From: Spirochaetia bacterium
GTDB taxonomy: Bacteria; Spirochaetota; Spirochaetia; DSM-2461
Assembly (NCBI GenBank): GCA_963668315.1
Contig: OY764216.1
Span: 2,496,001-2,560,000, forward strand
DNA length: 64,000 nucleotides
Direction: 5' to 3'
A program made the translations under genes and the position numbers. A model generated the notes under the pieces. That model was given only the letters and a program-made list of their open reading frames with translations, did not search any database and was not told the DNA's origin. Every line of letters starts with the position of its first letter. Positions within the stretch are counted from its first letter, which is position 1. Below, one piece after another: positions 48,252 through 58,994 of this stretch.

Positions 48252-49162
48252 TGAAAGGAAGGGATCTGCTCAGGGAGTATCAGGACTGGTTGATTCTCGA
48301 AATGCGTATGGCGGAGAACAGTGTCTCCACCTATACGGGGGAAGCCTCCATGTTCCTCTTCTGGGCGGGTTCGTCGGGACATGACCCTGCGGGGATTCTT
48401 TCCGATGACATATCCCTGTATATCGAAACGCGCCAGCGCGCCGGCGGTGAAGAGGATGAAGGCCTCTCCTCGCGGACTGTCTCCCGGATCATGAGCTCCC
48501 TCCGCTCGTTTTTCGATTTTCTGATTGCCTCAAAAATCAGGAAGGACAATCCTCTGGACAGGTTAAAGCCGCCGCCCCTGACCCACACTCTTCCCCAGGT
48601 TATGACCATTGAGGAAGTGGAGCGGTTCCTGGACGAAATTGAGACGGATAACAATTACGGAATCAGGGACAGGACCCTCTTTGAAATGATCTACTCCTGC
48701 GGACTGCGTGTTTCCGAAGCGGTGGGTCTGACTCTGGACAGCATATTTCTTCAGGAAGGGCTGATCCGGGTTCTGGGAAAGGGGGATAAGGAGAGACTGA
48801 TTCCCCTGGGCGAGGAAGCGGAGTACTGGATAAGGCGCTACCTGGCCGAAGTCCGTCCCATGCTTGTGAAACCGGGCAAGCGGGATCCCCATCTGTTTCT
48901 GAATAACCGGGGAGAGGGACTGTCCCGCAAGGGCATGTGGAAGCGGTTCAAGGAGATCGCCCTCCGGGCGCAGGTGGAAGGAAAAATCCATACTCTGCGC
49001 CACTCCTTCGCGACCCATCTCCTTAAGGGCGGTGCCGATCTCCGCAGCGTTCAGGAGTTACTGGGCCATTCGGATATCAGCACGACGCAGATCTATACCC
49101 ATCTTAACAGGAAGGATCTGGCAGAAGCCCACAGAAAGTACCATCCCAGGGGGACGTTATGA
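48251..49162 (+). CDS. xerD: Tyrosine recombinase XerD-like
   Basis: RD..EMIYSCGLRVSE, GKGDKER, HTLRHSFATHLL, LGH..ISTTQIYTH. Confidence 0.88.
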   Translation: MKGRDLLREYQDWLILEMRMAENSVSTYTGEASMFLFWAGSSGHDPAGILSDDISLYIETRQRAGGEEDEGLSSRTVSRIMSSLRSFFDFLIASKIRKDNPLDRLKPPPLTHTLPQVMTIEEVERFLDEIETDNNYGIRDRTLFEMIYSCGLRVSEAVGLTLDSIFLQEGLIRVLGKGDKERLIPLGEEAEYWIRRYLAEVRPMLVKPGKRDPHLFLNNRGEGLSRKGMWKRFKEIALRAQVEGKIHTLRHSFATHLLKGGADLRSVQELLGHSDISTTQIYTHLNRKDLAEAHRKYHPRGTL

Positions 49163-49890
49163 GCAGAAAACTCCGTAAGGTGAAGTCGGCTATGGCGGTT
49201 TTTGTACTTTTTCTTCTCCCCCTGCTTGCGGGGTGCCCCTGGGAGAGGCCCGATTACGATAATCTGGCCCGTCGCATGGGTGACCTGGAAGAGGAGGGGA
49301 CCGATCAGGCTGATGATGAGAGAATCGGGGAGCTGAAGGCTGATATCCGCCGGGTCGACAAGGAGATCGAAGAGACCATAGAGAAGGTCCGGGACCGGGG
49401 AACCTACTATAAGCTTCTGGGGCTCAAGTATATGGACTATGACATGTGGTCCGAGGGCGTGGAGGCTTTTTCCGGGGCTCTGAATGTTTACCCCGACAAC
49501 TCCCGGCTGCACTACTACCGGGCCGTGTGTCTGGGCCAGTCAGGGGTCGGCGAAAGCAACCGCAACCTCAGGCAGGAGCTGCTGGAAAGGGCCGAATTCG
49601 ATTATCTCAGGGCTGCCGAACTGGACCCCATCTATACCTCGCCCCTGTGGGGGCTGGCTATTCTCTATGTTTTTGAGCTGGATAGGGCCCGTGAGGCGGA
49701 ACCGGTTCTCGACCGCTTGATGGATATCGAACCCTCCAACGAGAAAGCGATTCTTCTGCGGGCCGAACTTTACAAGGCGGCGGGGGATAAGATGAGGGCT
49801 CTTGAGCTTTATCACAGGCTCCAGGTGGACGGAAAGGATAAAGAGATCAAGCAGGAAGCCATTCAGCGGGCGGCCGCTCTGGGAGGATGA
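49159..49890 (+). CDS. TPR-repeat lipoprotein (conserved spirochaete dcw-fla region protein)
   Basis: Lipobox LLAGC; coiled coil; TPR-like helices. Confidence 0.8.
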   Translation: MSRKLRKVKSAMAVFVLFLLPLLAGCPWERPDYDNLARRMGDLEEEGTDQADDERIGELKADIRRVDKEIEETIEKVRDRGTYYKLLGLKYMDYDMWSEGVEAFSGALNVYPDNSRLHYYRAVCLGQSGVGESNRNLRQELLERAEFDYLRAAELDPIYTSPLWGLAILYVFELDRAREAEPVLDRLMDIEPSNEKAILLRAELYKAAGDKMRALELYHRLQVDGKDKEIKQEAIQRAAALGG

Positions 49891-49891
49891 C

Positions 49892-50878
49892 GTGACGGAA
49901 AGAGAATTGATTTGTCAAACCATAGATATGATCGGCTCACTCAGAAGCGGTGAAAAAACCGTCCTGGCGGAAAAAATCCGCTCTTATGAAGATCTTTTCG
50001 AGCTTTCCTCCTCTTTTCTGGCCCATGTAACCGGAAGAAGGCCCCGGCTGCAGGAAAGCCCTTCGGAGCTTCTGAAAGAGGCCGAAGAGATCCTGAAGAG
50101 GTGTGAACGGGACCGGATAGGCTGCCTTACCCGGGGAGATGATGATTATCCTGCGAACCTGGCTGCCATTCATGATCCCCCGTTCCGGCTCTACTTCCGG
50201 GGGGAGTCTCCCCGGCGTGACTGGGACGGCGTTGCCGTCGTCGGAACCCGCCTTCCCACTCTGAACGCGAAAGCCGAGGCCTTTCAGTTCGGTCTGGAAC
50301 TGGCTTCCATGGAGTGCCCCCTCATCTCAGGTCTGGCCCTGGGAGTGGACGGAGAAGCCCATAAGGGCGCTCTGGCGGGGCATGGAAGGACCGTGGCCGT
50401 ACTGGGGAGCGGTGTCGATATTCTGACACCCGCCCGCAACAGCCGTATAGGGCAGGATATCCTGCTGAACGGCGGAACGGTGCTGAGCGAGTATGCCCCG
50501 GGAACACCGGGCGCCCGTTGGAGGTACCCCGCCCGTAACAGAATCATCGCCGGCCTTTCTCAGGCCGTGGTCGTTGTCCAGGCGCCCCGCCGGTCGGGAG
50601 CCCTGATTACGGCGGAGTTCGCCCTGGACGAGGGACGGGACGTGGTCATTACCCCTGCGGGCATCTGGGCCGAAGGTACGGCCGGACTGCTGCGCTCCGG
50701 GGCACCCGTGGTGGAATCGGCCTTTGATATTCTCAAGGAATTGAATATTGATACCAGGGGCTGGGTTGAACCCAGGCTGCCCGAGCCGAAGGGACGGGAG
50801 GATCTGGTTTCCTATATGAGCCAAGAACTGAAAGGGGAGGTGATCAGCCATGGCGGCCGTTACTACCGTGTCTCTTAA
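49892..50878 (+). CDS. dprA: DNA-processing protein DprA
   Basis: YP.NL..IHDPP, AVVGTR, SGLALGVDG.AH, RNRIIAGLS, SGALITA; GTG start. Confidence 0.94.
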   Translation: MTERELICQTIDMIGSLRSGEKTVLAEKIRSYEDLFELSSSFLAHVTGRRPRLQESPSELLKEAEEILKRCERDRIGCLTRGDDDYPANLAAIHDPPFRLYFRGESPRRDWDGVAVVGTRLPTLNAKAEAFQFGLELASMECPLISGLALGVDGEAHKGALAGHGRTVAVLGSGVDILTPARNSRIGQDILLNGGTVLSEYAPGTPGARWRYPARNRIIAGLSQAVVVVQAPRRSGALITAEFALDEGRDVVITPAGIWAEGTAGLLRSGAPVVESAFDILKELNIDTRGWVEPRLPEPKGREDLVSYMSQELKGEVISHGGRYYRVS

Positions 50879-51812
50879 TGAAGCCGTGGAAGAGTATTTG
50901 GCCTACCTGGAGAAGGTACGCTGTCTCTCATCCCACACCATACGCTCCTACCGGAACGACCTGGAAGCCTGGAAATTCTGGCTGGAAGAGCAGGATGAGC
51001 TTTGGGACAGGGCCGATGAAATCTGTGTGCGCGGATTTCTGGCCAATATGGCGCTGAGGAAAATGACTCCCTCCTCGGTTAACAGGAGGCTCTCTTCCCT
51101 GAGGGGATTTTACGACTGGGCCTGTCTGAAAACAGACCGGGCGGACAATCCCTTCCGAAGAACGAAATCCCTGAAAAAGCAGAAAGCCCTGCCCACCTAC
51201 CTGACCGATCAGGAATTCGAGCGGCTTATCGAGCTGACGGGAGAGGATTTCGCGGGAAAACGGGACAGGCTGATTATGGAGATGCTCTATTCCACAGGAT
51301 GCCGTGTCAGCGAGATCTGTTCCCTGGACCGGAAGTCTCTGGACAGTCATGAAATCCGTGTCATGGGTAAGGGACAGAAGGAGCGTATCGTTTTCCTGGG
51401 TGAAGCGGCCCGGGCAGCTCTGAAGGAGTATCTGCCCCTCCGGGACGGGAAAACCCTTATGAATGACAGGAGCGGGGGCGCTCTCTTCCTGGACCTCAAG
51501 GGATTCAGGCTGACAGCGCGGGGCGTCTTTTTTCTGATCGATAAATATGCCGCCCTGTCGGGTATCGGTAAGAAGATAGGGCCTCATACCTTCAGGCACA
51601 GCTTTGCCACGTCGCTGATTAATGAAGGCGCGGAGATTCGGATGGTGCAGGAGATGCTGGGCCATTCGTCCCTCTCCACCACACAGATCTACTCCCATAC
51701 GGGAATAGAGAGAATCCGTCAGGTTTACCGGCAGAGCCATCCCCACGGGAGGAGCATCGAACGGACCGGGACGGAAAGAAACGAGACAATAGGAGTGAAT
51801 AATGGAAATTAA
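50850..51812 (+). CDS. xerC: Tyrosine recombinase XerC-like
   Basis: [47 protein letters not shown]. Confidence 0.88.
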   Translation: MAAVTTVSLNEAVEEYLAYLEKVRCLSSHTIRSYRNDLEAWKFWLEEQDELWDRADEICVRGFLANMALRKMTPSSVNRRLSSLRGFYDWACLKTDRADNPFRRTKSLKKQKALPTYLTDQEFERLIELTGEDFAGKRDRLIMEMLYSTGCRVSEICSLDRKSLDSHEIRVMGKGQKERIVFLGEAARAALKEYLPLRDGKTLMNDRSGGALFLDLKGFRLTARGVFFLIDKYAALSGIGKKIGPHTFRHSFATSLINEGAEIRMVQEMLGHSSLSTTQIYSHTGIERIRQVYRQSHPHGRSIERTGTERNETIGVNNGN

Positions 51813-52344
51813 AATAAAGGGCACCACCATTCTGGCCGTCAGAAAGGACGGACAGGTCGCCATGGCCGGAGACGGTCAGGTTACCATGGGAGAGTCGGTC
51901 ATCATGAAGGGGAACGCCCGGAAAGTGCGCCGTCTCTACGGCGGCCGGGTCATCTGCGGCTTCGCCGGTTCGACGGCCGACGCCTTTACCCTGGAAGAAC
52001 GGTTCGAGGGCAAACTGAACGAGTTCGGCGGCGACATCCTCCGGGCCAGCGTGGAAATGGCCAAGGACTGGCGAACCGACAGGGCGCTCCGGAAGCTGGA
52101 AGCCATGCTTCTCGTGGCCGACAAGAATAAAACCCTTCTCCTTTCCGGCACGGGAGACGTGATCGAACCGGAAATGGGATGCATCGCCATCGGTTCGGGG
52201 GGGAATTACGCCTTTGCCGCCGCCCGGGCCTATCTGGACGGATCGAACCTGAACGCCGGGGAAATCGCCCGGAAATCCCTGGAAATCGCCTCGGATATCT
52301 GCGTATTCACCAATAAAAGCATCATTGTGGAGGAGCTGTCATGA
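51802..52344 (+). CDS. hslV: HslUV protease subunit HslV
   Basis: [28 protein letters not shown]. Confidence 0.97.
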   Translation: MEIKIKGTTILAVRKDGQVAMAGDGQVTMGESVIMKGNARKVRRLYGGRVICGFAGSTADAFTLEERFEGKLNEFGGDILRASVEMAKDWRTDRALRKLEAMLLVADKNKTLLLSGTGDVIEPEMGCIAIGSGGNYAFAAARAYLDGSNLNAGEIARKSLEIASDICVFTNKSIIVEELS

Positions 52345-53849
52345 AAACCGGATTGTCGGATATGATACCCCGCGACATAGTCACGGAGCTGGATAAATAT
52401 ATCATCGGCCAGACCAAAGCCAAGAAGGCGGTGGCCATCGCCCTGAGAAACCGGATTCGCCGTTCCAAACTCTCCGAGGAGATCCGCGACGAGGTGGCTC
52501 CCCGGAACATCATCATGATCGGCCCCACCGGCGTGGGAAAAACCGAGATCGCCCGAAGGCTCGCCAAGCTGGCGGGCGCCCCCTTTCTGAAGGTGGAAGC
52601 CACCAAGTTCACCGAAGTGGGCTACGTGGGCCGCGATGTGGAATCCATGGTACGGGACCTCATGTCATCGGCCATCAGCATGGTCAAAAGCGAGATGCGC
52701 GGCGATGTGGAGCCGGCGGCCCGTGAAGCGGCGGAAGAGGAGCTTCTGGACCTGCTTCTTCCCGGTTCGGGGAAGAGAAAGGCCGAGAAGCGCCATGCCG
52801 GTCAGGGCGGTTTTCCCGGCATTCAGATCGGAGCGATCACCCTGGGGCCCAACGGCATCCAGAGCGCCGGAACCACTCCTCCCATAGGCTTCAGCCAGGA
52901 AGAGGAAAAAAGGGAAGAGCTTCCCCCTCCCGAGGATGAGGAGAAAGCCTCCCGCAAGGCCCATCTGCGCGAAACTTTCCGGGAAAAACTCCGTGCCGGA
53001 GAACTGGAAGACAAGATGATCGAAATCACCGTTTCCAAACAGAGCGGGGGAACCTTGAATATGTTCGCCGGAGCGGGCGGTATGGAAAGTATGGATATCA
53101 ATATGGACGCCCTCTCTTCCCTGTTCGGCGGAGGCGGCGGAAAGAAAAAAAAGAAGGTGACCGTCAGGGAAGCCCGTGAACTGCTTCTGGCCGAACACAT
53201 CGACCGGATGATCGATACGGAAAGCGCCGTGGATCAGGCACGGGATCTGGTTCAGAATATGGGAATCATCTTCATAGACGAGATGGACAAGATCGCCAGC
53301 CGGGAGGGAGCGTCCCGGGGAGGACAGGATGTGTCGCGCGAAGGTGTTCAAAGGGACATCCTGCCCATCGTGGAGGGAAGCACTGTCAATACCCGCTACG
53401 GCATGATCGATACGTCTCACATCCTGTTTATCGCCGCCGGAGCCTTCAATCTGGCCAAGCCTTCCGATCTGATTCCCGAACTTCAGGGCCGTTTTCCCCT
53501 GCGGGTGGAGCTGGAGGACCTGGATGCGGACGCTTTCGAGCAGATCCTGACCTCGCCCAGGAACGCCCTGACCAAGCAGTATGCCGCCCTGATGAAGACC
53601 GAGGATGTGGAGCTGGTTTTCACCGATGCGGCCATAAGGCGCATGGCCGAGCTGGCGGCCGAAGTGAACCGGAAGGCGGAGAATATCGGCGCCCGCCGGC
53701 TCCACACGATCATGGAGCTTCTGGTGGAGGATATCTCCTTTGACGCCGCCGATTACGCCGGGCAGAGAGTGGAAATCACTCCCGAGATGGTGAATGAGAA
53801 ACTGGCCGATGTGGTGGAGGACCAGGATCTGAGCCGTTATATTCTGTAA
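52341..53849 (+). CDS. hslU: HslUV ATPase subunit HslU
   Basis: [39 protein letters not shown]. Confidence 0.97.
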   Translation: MKTGLSDMIPRDIVTELDKYIIGQTKAKKAVAIALRNRIRRSKLSEEIRDEVAPRNIIMIGPTGVGKTEIARRLAKLAGAPFLKVEATKFTEVGYVGRDVESMVRDLMSSAISMVKSEMRGDVEPAAREAAEEELLDLLLPGSGKRKAEKRHAGQGGFPGIQIGAITLGPNGIQSAGTTPPIGFSQEEEKREELPPPEDEEKASRKAHLRETFREKLRAGELEDKMIEITVSKQSGGTLNMFAGAGGMESMDINMDALSSLFGGGGGKKKKKVTVREARELLLAEHIDRMIDTESAVDQARDLVQNMGIIFIDEMDKIASREGASRGGQDVSREGVQRDILPIVEGSTVNTRYGMIDTSHILFIAAGAFNLAKPSDLIPELQGRFPLRVELEDLDADAFEQILTSPRNALTKQYAALMKTEDVELVFTDAAIRRMAELAAEVNRKAENIGARRLHTIMELLVEDISFDAADYAGQRVEITPEMVNEKLADVVEDQDLSRYIL

Positions 53850-53886
53850 AAACGGAATGAAAAGTTACGGAGTGGACAGAAAACGC

Positions 53887-53913
53887 TAAGGTAAGGCTAT
53901 AAGCGGCCGATGG
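53887..53913 (+). promoter_or_regulatory. sigma28 (FliA)-like promoter upstream of flgB
   Basis: TAAG-N15-GCCGATGG versus consensus TAAA-N15-GCCGATAA. Confidence 0.62.
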
Positions 53914-53949
53914 TAAAAAAAGAGGGGTAAACCCCTGCTGGAGGAAGAG

Positions 53950-54369
53950 ATGTTTGATAATTCCAGTTTTGGAAAGACAGTTGATATACTCAAACGCACC
54001 CTGGATGTGTCCAATATGCGCCAGGGCGTAATCGCCAACAATATCGCCAATGTGGAAACCCCCGACTTCAAGAGAAGCGACGTTTCCTTTGAATCGGAAC
54101 TGGGCCGGGCTCTGGCGTCTGAGGAGAACCAGGGCGGTCTCCAGGCCAAAACGTCCAGCGAGAGGCACATCAATTTCAATAAGCCCCTGGACTACCGGAA
54201 TGTGTCTCCCCGGATCAATCTGGATTATCTGACCACGGCCAAGAATAACGGCAACAATGTGGACATTGAAGTGGAAGAGATGAACGCTCTGAAGAACCAG
54301 ATGCGTTACGAGCTGGTCATGGAGACGGTCAAGCACGAGTTCAACATGATCGATATGGTCATCAAATAG
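53950..54369 (+). CDS. flgB: Flagellar basal-body rod protein FlgB
   Basis: RQGVIANNIANVETP.FK, NGNNVDIE.E. Confidence 0.96.
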   Translation: MFDNSSFGKTVDILKRTLDVSNMRQGVIANNIANVETPDFKRSDVSFESELGRALASEENQGGLQAKTSSERHINFNKPLDYRNVSPRINLDYLTTAKNNGNNVDIEVEEMNALKNQMRYELVMETVKHEFNMIDMVIK

Positions 54370-54383
54370 AGAGGTAGGTGAGT

Positions 54384-54842
54384 ATGGGACTTTTCAGCAC
54401 GATTAATACGGCGTCCACGGGACTGACGGCGGAAAGACTCCGCCTGGATGTGATCGCCGACAACATAGCCAACGCCAATACAACGAGAACCGAAGAGGGC
54501 GGCCCCTTCAGAAGGAGCCGGGTCGTTTTCAAATCGGAAACGGACAAACCCTACTGGCGCAGTCCGTTCCTGCCGGAGAGTATGGAGCAGAAAGTGGGGA
54601 CAGGGGTCAAGGTGGAGTCCATTGAGAAGGATATGGACGCCGACCTGAGGCTTGTATGGGATCCCACCCACCCGGACGCCATAAAAACCGGTCCCAAGAC
54701 GGGATACGTCGAATATCCCAATGTGACCATCGTCAACGAGATGGTGGATATGATCTCGGCGAGCCGGGCGTATGAAGCGAACGTATCACTTATGGAAGGG
54801 GCCAAGAGCATGTTTCAGAAGTCCCTGGAAATATTAAGGTAA
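54384..54842 (+). CDS. flgC: Flagellar basal-body rod protein FlgC
   Basis: GLTAERLRLDVIADNIANA, DPTHPDA, PNV...EMVDMISASRAYEAN. Confidence 0.97.
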   Translation: MGLFSTINTASTGLTAERLRLDVIADNIANANTTRTEEGGPFRRSRVVFKSETDKPYWRSPFLPESMEQKVGTGVKVESIEKDMDADLRLVWDPTHPDAIKTGPKTGYVEYPNVTIVNEMVDMISASRAYEANVSLMEGAKSMFQKSLEILR

Positions 54843-54858
54843 ATCAAGGAGGCCTTGA

Positions 54859-55188
54859 ATGGACGTCAAGAATGTAGCCGCCATGGGAGATCAGGTGGTT
54901 CTGAAGAGAACAAGCACCCGTCATTTCAATTCGGAAGGTGTCACGGGGGATCCGGTAAACGCGGGCAAAAGCAGTTTTTCCGATCTGCTGATTTCCCGGC
55001 TGGACAGGGTCAACGAAGGGCAGACCCATGTGAACGAACTCTATGAGGCCATGATCACCGATCCCGATTCGGTCTCCTCCGACCAGGTGACCATCGCCAT
55101 GGCGGAAGCGGAGATGGCCCTGGGACTGACAAAGGCCGTAGTGGATAAAGCGGTTTCCGCCTATAAGGAAATCATAAATCTTAGATAG
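54859..55188 (+). CDS. fliE: Flagellar hook-basal body protein FliE
   Basis: SFSDLL, VTIAMAEAE, KAVSAYKEIINLR. Confidence 0.94.
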   Translation: MDVKNVAAMGDQVVLKRTSTRHFNSEGVTGDPVNAGKSSFSDLLISRLDRVNEGQTHVNELYEAMITDPDSVSSDQVTIAMAEAEMALGLTKAVVDKAVSAYKEIINLR

Positions 55189-55263
55189 AAAACGATAGGG
55201 GCCGACAGGATTGTTTAATCACGGCGGCCCTGAGGAAACTATCCGTTCCTTGGGAGGGGTAAA

Positions 55264-56967
55264 ATGGAATGGTTTACGAAAATGTGGGAAGCCGTTAAGG
55301 CGGCCTGGGGGAAATGGAGTCTTATCCAGAAGCTCATACTGGGCGCGATCGTCGCGGCTGTCATTGTGGGCGTCGTCCTCCTGGTGGGAGTCTCTTCTTC
55401 CCCGAGCATGGTGCCGCTTCTGACATCGGCTATCACCGATCAGGATCAGATATCCAGGATCACCAACAGGCTTGACGAGGAAAACGTGTCCAACCGGGTA
55501 TCGGGGGGCATCATCTATGTGGACAACGATAACGTGGCACGCCAGATGAGAGCCGTGCTGGTGCGGGAAGATCTTATTCCCCAGGATACCGATCCCTGGG
55601 CCATCATGGATATGGAGAGGTGGACCCTGACCGATTTCGAAAGGGACGTCAATCTCCAGAGGGCCATAACCGAGAGCCTCGAGCAGCATCTGGAAGCCCT
55701 GGACGATATCGATTCGGCCGATGTGAATCTGGTCATTCCCGGGGAATCCCTTTTCGCCAGCGAACAGAATCCCACCACCGCCAGCGTCATCATCACCCCC
55801 AAGCCGGGCAGCGACATAACCGAGAACCGCACGAAGATCGAAGGAATCGTCAAGCTTATCCAGTTCGCGGTGGAAGGCCTGAATGCCGAGAATATCGTGG
55901 TTTCCGATCTGACCGGCCGCCATCTCAACGACTTCGAGGGCCTCGAGAAAGTGGACCGCCTGGAAATCACCGAGAGGATGCTCAAGCAGAAAACCGCTCT
56001 GGAAGCCCGCTATATGAGTCAGATTCTCAGAGAGCTCCAGGGCATCTTCACCAGTAAGAGAATCCGCATCGTCAATATGGATATCGATCTGGAATTCATA
56101 GACAAAGAGGTGGAGACGGAGGAGCATTTCCCCATAGAAATGACCCCGGAAGATCCTTCCACCCCCTACTCGGACCGGGTCGTTGTTCCCACCTTTACCG
56201 AGAGCCAGCAGACGGTCAGCGAGAATTTCCAGGGTACCGGTTTCAATCCCGAGGGTCCTCCGGGACAGGAAGGGCAGACCCCTCCCCAGTACGAAGACCT
56301 GACCAATCTGGTGGGAAATTACTCCAAGGAAGACAACATTACCAACTATGTCTATAACACCCAGACCAGCAAGGAGGAGATGGCTCCCTACAAAATAGCC
56401 CGCGTTTCCGTCGCCGTGGCCATTGACGGTGTCTGGACATTGGAAAGGGACAACAAAGGGGAGTATATTTTCGATGAAGGAACGCTGAGGCGGACGTACG
56501 AGCCCGTTTCCGACGAACTTCTGGGGAAAGCCCTCCGCCTGGTTCAGCATGCCGTGGGATACGATGCCAACAGGGGCGATACGGTGACGGTTGAACATAT
56601 TCCCTTTGACCGGAGCGAGGAGTTCAAGCAGCAGGATGAGGATTATCTGAGGCAGAAGCAGATACAGAGGCTGCTCCTCTATTCAATCGTCGCCCTTCTG
56701 GGTATTATCATCTTCTTCATCGCTTTCCGCCTGATCTCGAAGGAGATGGAGAGAAGACGGCGCCAGAGAGAGGAAGAGCTGGCCAGACAGCATCAGGCCA
56801 TGCGCGAGCAGGCTCTCCGGAATGCCGAGGAAGAGGGAATCGAAGTGGAGATGTCCGTACAGGAACGGGCCCGCCTGGAGCTTCAGGAGAATGCCATGAA
56901 CATGGCCAGAGAGCATCCTGAAGACGTGGCCAAGCTAATCAGGACCTGGCTGGCGGAGGAGAATTAG
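55264..56967 (+). CDS. fliF: Flagellar M-ring protein FliF
   Basis: Two TM; TASVIITP; AVAIDG; RGDTVTVE; PEDVAKLIRTWL. Confidence 0.96.
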   Translation: MEWFTKMWEAVKAAWGKWSLIQKLILGAIVAAVIVGVVLLVGVSSSPSMVPLLTSAITDQDQISRITNRLDEENVSNRVSGGIIYVDNDNVARQMRAVLVREDLIPQDTDPWAIMDMERWTLTDFERDVNLQRAITESLEQHLEALDDIDSADVNLVIPGESLFASEQNPTTASVIITPKPGSDITENRTKIEGIVKLIQFAVEGLNAENIVVSDLTGRHLNDFEGLEKVDRLEITERMLKQKTALEARYMSQILRELQGIFTSKRIRIVNMDIDLEFIDKEVETEEHFPIEMTPEDPSTPYSDRVVVPTFTESQQTVSENFQGTGFNPEGPPGQEGQTPPQYEDLTNLVGNYSKEDNITNYVYNTQTSKEEMAPYKIARVSVAVAIDGVWTLERDNKGEYIFDEGTLRRTYEPVSDELLGKALRLVQHAVGYDANRGDTVTVEHIPFDRSEEFKQQDEDYLRQKQIQRLLLYSIVALLGIIIFFIAFRLISKEMERRRRQREEELARQHQAMREQALRNAEEEGIEVEMSVQERARLELQENAMNMAREHPEDVAKLIRTWLAEEN

Positions 56968-56968
56968 A

Positions 56969-58009
56969 ATGGCATCGAGCAACGCGGGAAACGCGGGACA
57001 GAAACATAAGGAAGAACTCTCGGGCAAGCAGAAAGCCGCCGTATTCCTGGTTACCATGGGATCGGAAATCTCCGCGGAAATTTTCAAGCATCTGAACGAT
57101 TCGGAGATTGAGACCCTGACCTGGGAGATCGCCCGTCTGGAGCACATTGAGGCGGATGACAGGGATTTCGTCCTCCAGGAGTTCCAGGAGCTGATGATGG
57201 CCCAGGATTTCATCTCCTCCGGAGGTCTGGATTACGCCAGGGAACTTCTGGAGAGATCTCTCGGAAATCAGAAGGCCACGGACATCATCAACAGGCTCAC
57301 CAGTTCGCTGAAGACGAGGCCCTTCGACTTTATCAGGCGCACCGATCCCCAGCACCTGCTGAACTTTATCCAGCAGGAGCATCCCCAGACCATCGCCCTG
57401 ATTCTGGCCTATATCGAATCGGCCCAGGCCTCGGCCATCCTGAGCCAGCTGCCCCAGGACAAGCAGTCCGACGTGGCCCGTCGTATCGCCACCATGGACA
57501 GGACCAGCCCGGAAATCCTCAGGGAAGTAGAGCGGGTTCTGGACAAGAAGCTCTCCAGCCTGTCCCAGGAGGACTATACCTCAGCCGGCGGTGTGGAGAG
57601 TATCGTGGATATCATCAACCTGGTCGACAGAACAACCGAGAAGTACATTATCGAGACCCTGGAAGAGGAAGATCCCGAACTGGCCGAAGAGATCAAGAAG
57701 AGAATGTTCGTCTTCGAGGATATTGTCATGCTCGACGACCGGGCCATTCAGAGGGTGCTCCGCGAGGTGGACTCCCCCGAGCTGGCCAAGGCGCTCAAGG
57801 CGGTGGATGCGGAAGTTCAGGAAAAGATTTTCCGGAACATGTCCAAACGGGCCGCCGCGCTTTTGAAGGAAGATATGGATTACATGGGCCCCACCCGCCG
57901 GAAGGATGTGGAGGAGACCCAGCAGAAGATCGTGGCCGTTATCCGCAAGCTCGAGGAATCGGGAGATATCGTTATCGCCCGGAACGGCGAGGAAGACAGT
58001 TTTGTATAG
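56969..58009 (+). CDS. fliG: Flagellar motor switch protein FliG
   Basis: QKAAVFL, GGLDYA, EHPQTIA, MFVFED, NMSKRA. Confidence 0.97.
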   Translation: MASSNAGNAGQKHKEELSGKQKAAVFLVTMGSEISAEIFKHLNDSEIETLTWEIARLEHIEADDRDFVLQEFQELMMAQDFISSGGLDYARELLERSLGNQKATDIINRLTSSLKTRPFDFIRRTDPQHLLNFIQQEHPQTIALILAYIESAQASAILSQLPQDKQSDVARRIATMDRTSPEILREVERVLDKKLSSLSQEDYTSAGGVESIVDIINLVDRTTEKYIIETLEEEDPELAEEIKKRMFVFEDIVMLDDRAIQRVLREVDSPELAKALKAVDAEVQEKIFRNMSKRAAALLKEDMDYMGPTRRKDVEETQQKIVAVIRKLEESGDIVIARNGEEDSFV

Positions 58010-58020
58010 GGAGTTGATCA

Positions 58021-58929
58021 ATGGCTAGGAACGTATTCCGCCCCACGGAAGTTATGAATATGACCCTTTCCCGCAAGGTGCGCATCGAAGCGCCCGTTTT
58101 TCATGTCGATGAGCCTGAGGATCTTCTGGAAGAGTACACCGGACCCACCGCCGACGATCTGCGGAGGGAGGCGGAAGCCTTCCGGGAGCACTGGGAGGAA
58201 GAGAAAACCCAGATGTACGCCAACGCCCGGGCCGAAGCGGAAAAAATCCGTGAGGACGCGGAGAAAAGCGCCTTCGAAGAGGTGAAAAAGAAAACCGATG
58301 CGGCACAGTCCGAAAAGCAGCAGGCCGATGCCGAAGTGGAGAGAATTCTCGAACAGGCCCGGAACGAAGCGGCCCAGCTGGTGGAAGACGCCAACCGCCG
58401 GGTCAGCCAGATCGAGGAGGATGCCCGGGGAAGGGGTTACGAAGCGGGACGCAAGGAAGGCTACCAGGAAGGGGAAGCCGAGGTGAAGCGTCTTGTGGAA
58501 AGACTTCATGTCATTCTGAACGGCGCTATTGAAAAGCGGAACGATATCATCGAAGAGGCCGAGTCCCAGCTGATCGATCTGGTGCTTCTTATCAGCCAGA
58601 AGGTGGTCAAGGTGATTTCCGATAACCAGAAGAACGTGGTTATCAATAACGTGGTTCAGGCCCTGCGCAAGCTGAAGAGCCGGGGAAATGTGGCCATCCA
58701 CGTCAATCTGGCCGACCTGGAGCTGACAACGGACAACGTGAACAATTTCATCTCCATGGTGGAGAACGTGCAGTCCATTTCGGTCCTGGAAGACACCACG
58801 GTGGACCGGGGCGGATGTGTTATCGAAACCGATTTCGGGCAGATCGATGCACGCGTTTCCAGTCAGCTTAAGGAGATTGAGGAATCCATTCTGGAACTGG
58901 CTCCCATCCGGGTCAAGGGAGAGAATTAG
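58021..58929 (+). CDS. fliH: Flagellar assembly protein FliH
   Basis: GxxxG repeats GYEAGRKEGYQEG; GGCVIET.FG.IDA. Confidence 0.94.
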   Translation: MARNVFRPTEVMNMTLSRKVRIEAPVFHVDEPEDLLEEYTGPTADDLRREAEAFREHWEEEKTQMYANARAEAEKIREDAEKSAFEEVKKKTDAAQSEKQQADAEVERILEQARNEAAQLVEDANRRVSQIEEDARGRGYEAGRKEGYQEGEAEVKRLVERLHVILNGAIEKRNDIIEEAESQLIDLVLLISQKVVKVISDNQKNVVINNVVQALRKLKSRGNVAIHVNLADLELTTDNVNNFISMVENVQSISVLEDTTVDRGGCVIETDFGQIDARVSSQLKEIEESILELAPIRVKGEN

Positions 58930-58994
58930 GGGCGGCGCAGGTCCCGCGTCATCAGGGACAATAGGATTTTATGGCAAGTTTGGGAGGGCAAACC

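Noticed and set aside
48251..51812. Two tyrosine recombinases flanking two genes, read as an integrative element or invertible cassette
   Set aside because: They are XerD/XerC-like, translationally coupled to ftsZ and hslV in a conserved spirochaete context, with no att repeats or cargo.
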